Shown here: piece after piece, positions 60,176-64,000 of the stretch | Numbering within the stretch: position 1 is the first letter of the stretch | Layout of the letters: each line of letters starts with the position of its first letter | NCBI GenBank assembly: GCA_030704665.1 | Contig: JAUYID010000009.1 | Span: forward strand, 163 to 64,162 | From: a bacterium | GTDB taxonomy: Bacteria > Patescibacteriota > Microgenomatia > Woykebacterales > RBG-16-39-9b | DNA: 64,000 nucleotides | Direction of reading: 5' to 3' | Notes under the pieces: model-generated | Database searches by the model: none | Seen by the model: the letters and a program-made list of their open reading frames with translations, nothing else | What the model was told of the DNA's origin: nothing | Made by a program: the position numbers and the translations under genes

Positions 60176-62203
60176 TTAGGTGTTTTCGTTGTCAGGCGGA
60201 GTGTTATTAGGTGGGTTTTGGCGAAGAGTACGACCAATACTTCTTAGGTGTTCTGCAGCTTCACGAGCAGCAGCGTTCAGATCATGAATTCCCTCCACGT
60301 CGCCCATATTGACAGGGGGTCTAGAAGTATCACCTTGACCTCCACCTGCAGCGGCGCCCGCTCCCTGAGCCCCCTGTTCACGGTCAGCTGCCGGAACTGC
60401 CGCACCTGCGTTTGCCTCTGATCTAGATTTCCAGCGTTTAGTTGGGTCTTGGAAGACTGTGTTGCCGACACTAGTTACAAGATTATCCAATTTCCCCGCT
60501 CCGGGGATGCCTATTCCAGCTTTATTAGCACCCAGCCGCCCTGCAGTAAAAGGTATCTTGAAATTGCTGATTCTTTCAGTAATAGGTTTAATTGAGTTTA
60601 TCGGACTTGTCCTTGGGTTGGTAAGGTTAGTGTAAGCACTCACTGGAGCAAAGATCAGAGGGCCGGCGGAGAGACCACCGCGAGTAGTGTCTTTGACACC
60701 AAAGAGATCTTGAAGAGCATTGGGGACTTTGGTAGCAAAGAAAAGAATCCCGATCCCAATCAAATAGGGTAGATTTAAAATATTGGAACCAATTGGAGGC
60801 GGAACCTTGATGGGATCATTGCCCGGACCTATTTGTACCCACCAAGAGGAAAACCACATGAAACTGAGAGCTAGGTGCATGAGGAGCACAACTGCCGGAA
60901 AGGCTAGGGCGGCCGCCGCCATACGTTTGAACCAATTACTGATGATGCTTTCATAGCCGGGGAGAGCTCCGGCCAGGAAAAAGAAAGGGCTGAAGATGAT
61001 GAGGAGAAGCATGCTGGCATAAGTAGTCAGCAGTTTCCAAAAAAGCCAGACCGCGACTGCAAAAGCTGAGAGGCGGATCAGTATATCAATCAGGGGGATG
61101 ACGATAGTCAGCAGAATAGAGGCTGAGATGCCAATAGCGGCAACTCCACCTAAAACTGGTATATGACCGCCAATGGCGTTGTAATCAATGAAACTGTTAG
61201 TACTAAAAAGAGTAAAGACCGGAATCCAGATCAGTTCACCACCGGCTTTGGTCGAAAGGACATTGAAGACCCCGTTGAGGACACCATTGGAGTAATAGTC
61301 ACGGACTATATTGACGGAAAGAAAAATAAAATCAAGAAAGAGCCCGGAGATTGCAAAGCTAAAGACAATCAGAAAAAGAGCAAGGACGACTCGGGGTAGC
61401 GAGTTGAGAACAGAAACCACGTTTTTGTCTGGCAGGCGACGGCGGAAGATGATCATGACGCTGATAGCGAGCATGACTAGAACCATGAAGATGAGAGCCA
61501 GTTGGCGCGCCTTGGCCCAAGTATCTTTGACGATAGCGGTATCAATTGAGTCCGGACCGACGCCGCCTTGGGCATTGGCCGAGCCGATTCCCAGAAGATT
61601 ATCTTTGAGCGCGTCAGCCACATAAGAGCCCGGGCTTTGGTAAGGAATAGCTTTGTAGACTCCACCAATGGCTATATCAGCCACCATGAAAACGTTGTAT
61701 TCATCTGGGGAGTTCAGAAAAGCATTGTTGTTACAGAAAGGCAGGTCGATTAGGGGAATTGTGCAAACAGATTTGCCCATAATTTTTAATGCCACGGCAA
61801 TCCCACCCTGAACTGCTAGGTAAAATAGATCAACTATGTTTCCCTTCAGCCAACCGAAAATAGTTCCCGGCAAATCAGTTACTCCGTTGTAGGCATCTTG
61901 AACTGCTCCGCAGGCCTTACCAATTCCTGGAGCCTTACAGGGATTGAGAATTCCTGGAAGTTCCGCTCTTTGGTCGCTGGGAGCTAGGGCGGTTGAGCTG
62001 TCCGTCAGCGAAGAAGAGGAATTCGTCTCGTCATTCGTATTTTGGTAGGAAGGAAGCGCTTGATTTGAGGTTTTCGTCTGAGTGGATAAGTTTAGTTGAG
62101 TAGGATCTGCTTCGACTGCAAGAGCAGGGACAGCAGAAACCAGACTAAAAAATACCAAGAGATAGCCAAAGAGAAGTTTTTGCAGTAAACCTTTTTTGAA
62201 CAT
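60176..62203 (-). CDS. Polytopic membrane protein, VirB6/TrbL-like
   Basis: Signal peptide, W..AR.LA..FMV, SLPRVVLALFLIVFSFAISG, SPFFFLAGALPG...WFK, Gly/Ala-rich tail; near virB4/prgI. Confidence 0.7.
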   Translation of the reverse strand: MFKKGLLQKLLFGYLLVFFSLVSAVPALAVEADPTQLNLSTQTKTSNQALPSYQNTNDETNSSSSLTDSSTALAPSDQRAELPGILNPCKAPGIGKACGAVQDAYNGVTDLPGTIFGWLKGNIVDLFYLAVQGGIAVALKIMGKSVCTIPLIDLPFCNNNAFLNSPDEYNVFMVADIAIGGVYKAIPYQSPGSYVADALKDNLLGIGSANAQGGVGPDSIDTAIVKDTWAKARQLALIFMVLVMLAISVMIIFRRRLPDKNVVSVLNSLPRVVLALFLIVFSFAISGLFLDFIFLSVNIVRDYYSNGVLNGVFNVLSTKAGGELIWIPVFTLFSTNSFIDYNAIGGHIPVLGGVAAIGISASILLTIVIPLIDILIRLSAFAVAVWLFWKLLTTYASMLLLIIFSPFFFLAGALPGYESIISNWFKRMAAAALAFPAVVLLMHLALSFMWFSSWWVQIGPGNDPIKVPPPIGSNILNLPYLIGIGILFFATKVPNALQDLFGVKDTTRGGLSAGPLIFAPVSAYTNLTNPRTSPINSIKPITERISNFKIPFTAGRLGANKAGIGIPGAGKLDNLVTSVGNTVFQDPTKRWKSRSEANAGAAVPAADREQGAQGAGAAAGGGQGDTSRPPVNMGDVEGIHDLNAAAREAAEHLRSIGRTLRQNPPNNTPPDNENT

Positions 62204-62308
62204 AGGCAGTGACTAAAGTATAAAACACTTTTGCTCTTGTTTGCAACCAAGGCCTTGGTTGTAAATCAGGGAAAAGAGCCCTAAAATGGAAGAAGGTAAG
62301 ATACTGCC

Positions 62309-63766
62309 ATGAGCCATTTTTTTGACGACCCAGAAGAACAAGCCCAAAATGAGCAAAGAGAACAGCTTGGTGAAGAAGCCCTTGATCGCGGTGTTGAAAA
62401 AGCCGCCAAAGGCCTAGAAAAAAAAGCCGCTGCCGGTCGTGCTACTACTGCTGCTGGTAAGGCCGGGGTTGAGGCAGGTGAAGCTGCCGGAGAGCGGGGA
62501 GCCCTCACCGCCGGCGGAAAAGCAGGTGCTGAGGCAGTCGGTAGGACTGGTGCGGCGGTGGCCGAAACAGCCGCAATTGAGGCAGCCGAAGAAGGAGTTG
62601 CCGCGGCGGCTACTCCTGAAACCTTTGGTATAAGTGAAGCAATCATGCTCGCCTATCTGGCAGCGAAAAAACTGCCGGTGCTTGGAAGTCTGATCAAAGG
62701 CGGAGAAAGAGCGCTTGCTAAGATCCTTGAGGTAGTAGTTTGGCCAATTGCGGGTTTTTGTATTACTTGCTGCGGAGCCTGCCTTGTTTGTTGTCTAGCT
62801 CCGGCTGCACTTGTGGCGGCTGTAATAGCTTTGCTTGTTTTCGGAGTGATGAATTTGTATGACGCTGTCCGTCCTTCGGCATCTGAAGCAGGGGGTGGTA
62901 CCTATACCCCCCCGACGATAAGTGTCTCCAAAACCGCGAGTCCGGTTTTCATTGTGAAATGTGCTTCTGGCACGGCCGCTGATGTCGAGTACCGGATTAC
63001 GGTTCAAAACAACTCAGATTCTGATCAGACGGTTTCCATTACAGACTCTTTTGATGATGAGCCGAGTTTGGGAACAGTGAGAACCTTTAGCGGAGTCGAT
63101 ATCGCCCAAGGAGAGACTTGGGTTTCCCCGGTTATTAAGGTGAGGATGCCGAGTACTTGTGATGAAAGAGTTGTTGTTAACACCGTCCGAGTCAATGGGG
63201 GTGGTAGCCTAGCCAGCACGGTAGCTTTTGTTACCATTGGAAACCCCGTCAATGCTCCACCTCAAGGCTGTCCAATCGTAGGAACAATTTTTACTCCTTT
63301 GGGAATAAATATTCCCGGCTACACTTACTTCGGCGGAACCCACTACGGTATGGATATTTCTGACACTGCCGGTACTGCTCTTGGTTCACCGGTGCATAGT
63401 ACTTTGACCGGCAGTGCAGTTGCTTCAGTTGGGAGGGCGGGAAATCAAATTGTCACCGTGACCAGCCCGGACGGGGTCTGGCAAGTGAAGTTTTTGCATC
63501 TCGCCGTTGGAACTACGGTCAGTGGTCCAGTAGTGGTAGGCCAGGTGATCGGAACTGAAGATAACACCGGGGTTTCGGGCGGAACTCATGTTCACTACGA
63601 AATTTACAAAAATGGTGCTATCCAAAACCCTTTCAACTACACTCCTTCGACCAACGCTTTGGGTTACATTCCAGATATCGACCCGGGCACGGGCTTGCCA
63701 GACTACGCCGGTGTCAGCGACCCTGGTACTTGGGGAACTTGTAACGCTCTACCACCGGGGTCGTAA
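62309..63766 (+). CDS. M23 peptidase with an Ala/Glu/Gly-rich N-terminus, Cys-rich TM and DUF11-like Ig domain
   Basis: ISVSKTASP...VEYRITVQN...TDSF (DUF11-like); HYGMDI, FLHL, TGVSGGTHVHYEI. Confidence 0.85.
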   Translation: MSHFFDDPEEQAQNEQREQLGEEALDRGVEKAAKGLEKKAAAGRATTAAGKAGVEAGEAAGERGALTAGGKAGAEAVGRTGAAVAETAAIEAAEEGVAAAATPETFGISEAIMLAYLAAKKLPVLGSLIKGGERALAKILEVVVWPIAGFCITCCGACLVCCLAPAALVAAVIALLVFGVMNLYDAVRPSASEAGGGTYTPPTISVSKTASPVFIVKCASGTAADVEYRITVQNNSDSDQTVSITDSFDDEPSLGTVRTFSGVDIAQGETWVSPVIKVRMPSTCDERVVVNTVRVNGGGSLASTVAFVTIGNPVNAPPQGCPIVGTIFTPLGINIPGYTYFGGTHYGMDISDTAGTALGSPVHSTLTGSAVASVGRAGNQIVTVTSPDGVWQVKFLHLAVGTTVSGPVVVGQVIGTEDNTGVSGGTHVHYEIYKNGAIQNPFNYTPSTNALGYIPDIDPGTGLPDYAGVSDPGTWGTCNALPPGS

Positions 63767-63814
63767 TGAATTGTTGAAGAGTTTTTGAAGGAGTACTATT
63801 AAAGTTAGCAAACT

Positions 63815-64000
63815 ATGAATTTGGATAAATTGCGACAACTTATTTTGGAAAACCAAAAGCGAGTCTTGTTACTTTTGGTTGTGGTTGGCTCGATCATTAT
63901 TACCTTCAGTCTGATCAATTGGTGGTTTACACGAATTAACACTGTTTTTGGAAAACTCGAGCGACCGAAGCTGGTTAGTACGATCGAGGGCCAACCAATT
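63815..64000 (+). CDS. Membrane protein, N-terminal part (runs off the window)
   Basis: MNLDKLRQLILENQKRVLLLLVVVGSIIITFSLINWW..., open to the window end. Confidence 0.6.
   Translation, partial: MNLDKLRQLILENQKRVLLLLVVVGSIIITFSLINWWFTRINTVFGKLERPKLVSTIEGQPI

Noticed and set aside
50436-63766. Integrative conjugative element
   Set aside because: No relaxase, integrase or att repeats are in view. The prgI/virB4/virB6-like genes have backbone composition and abut recF, consistent with a resident chromosomal cluster.

Overview
Chromosomal segment of a small-genome bacterium, most likely CPR/Patescibacteria of Microgenomates type. This is inferred from the shortened holA, pgk, pcrA and valS genes, the PilN/PilO, PEGA-SH3, LCP, FemAB and GT2/GT-C surface genes, the PrgI-VirB4-VirB6 cluster, and many SD-less genes. 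It spans the replication origin (jag-yidC-yidD-rnpA-rpmH <> dnaA-oriC-dnaN-recF) and carries housekeeping genes (murJ, rpsT, tpiA, pgk, trxA, pcrA, metG, tatD, rdgB, groESL, galU, tsaD, valS, rplY, rnhA) and tRNA-Cys. Five visibly GC-richer inserts interrupt the AT-rich backbone (about 10.2-11.3, 27.7-29.05, 34.2-35.1, 39.3-41.3 and 56.2-60.2 kb). They largely share one design: a near-consensus sigma70 promoter, a long structured RNA, strong Shine-Dalgarno sites and a closing, often branched hairpin. The inserts hold (i) a solitary retron-like reverse transcriptase with a YADN active site, a C-terminal clamp-binding-like motif and an upstream msr/msd-like RNA; (ii) a roughly 900-nt, heavily structured transcription unit with no long ORF, carrying three SD-preceded micro-ORFs hidden in hairpins; (iii) two clusters of small orphan genes; and (iv) an 1100-aa orphan gene inside the T4SS-like cluster behind an attenuator-like leader. 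tRNA-Cys is followed by two tRNA-Cys 3' ends with hairpin insertions in the T-loop. All calls are by eye; no database searches or folding programs were run.
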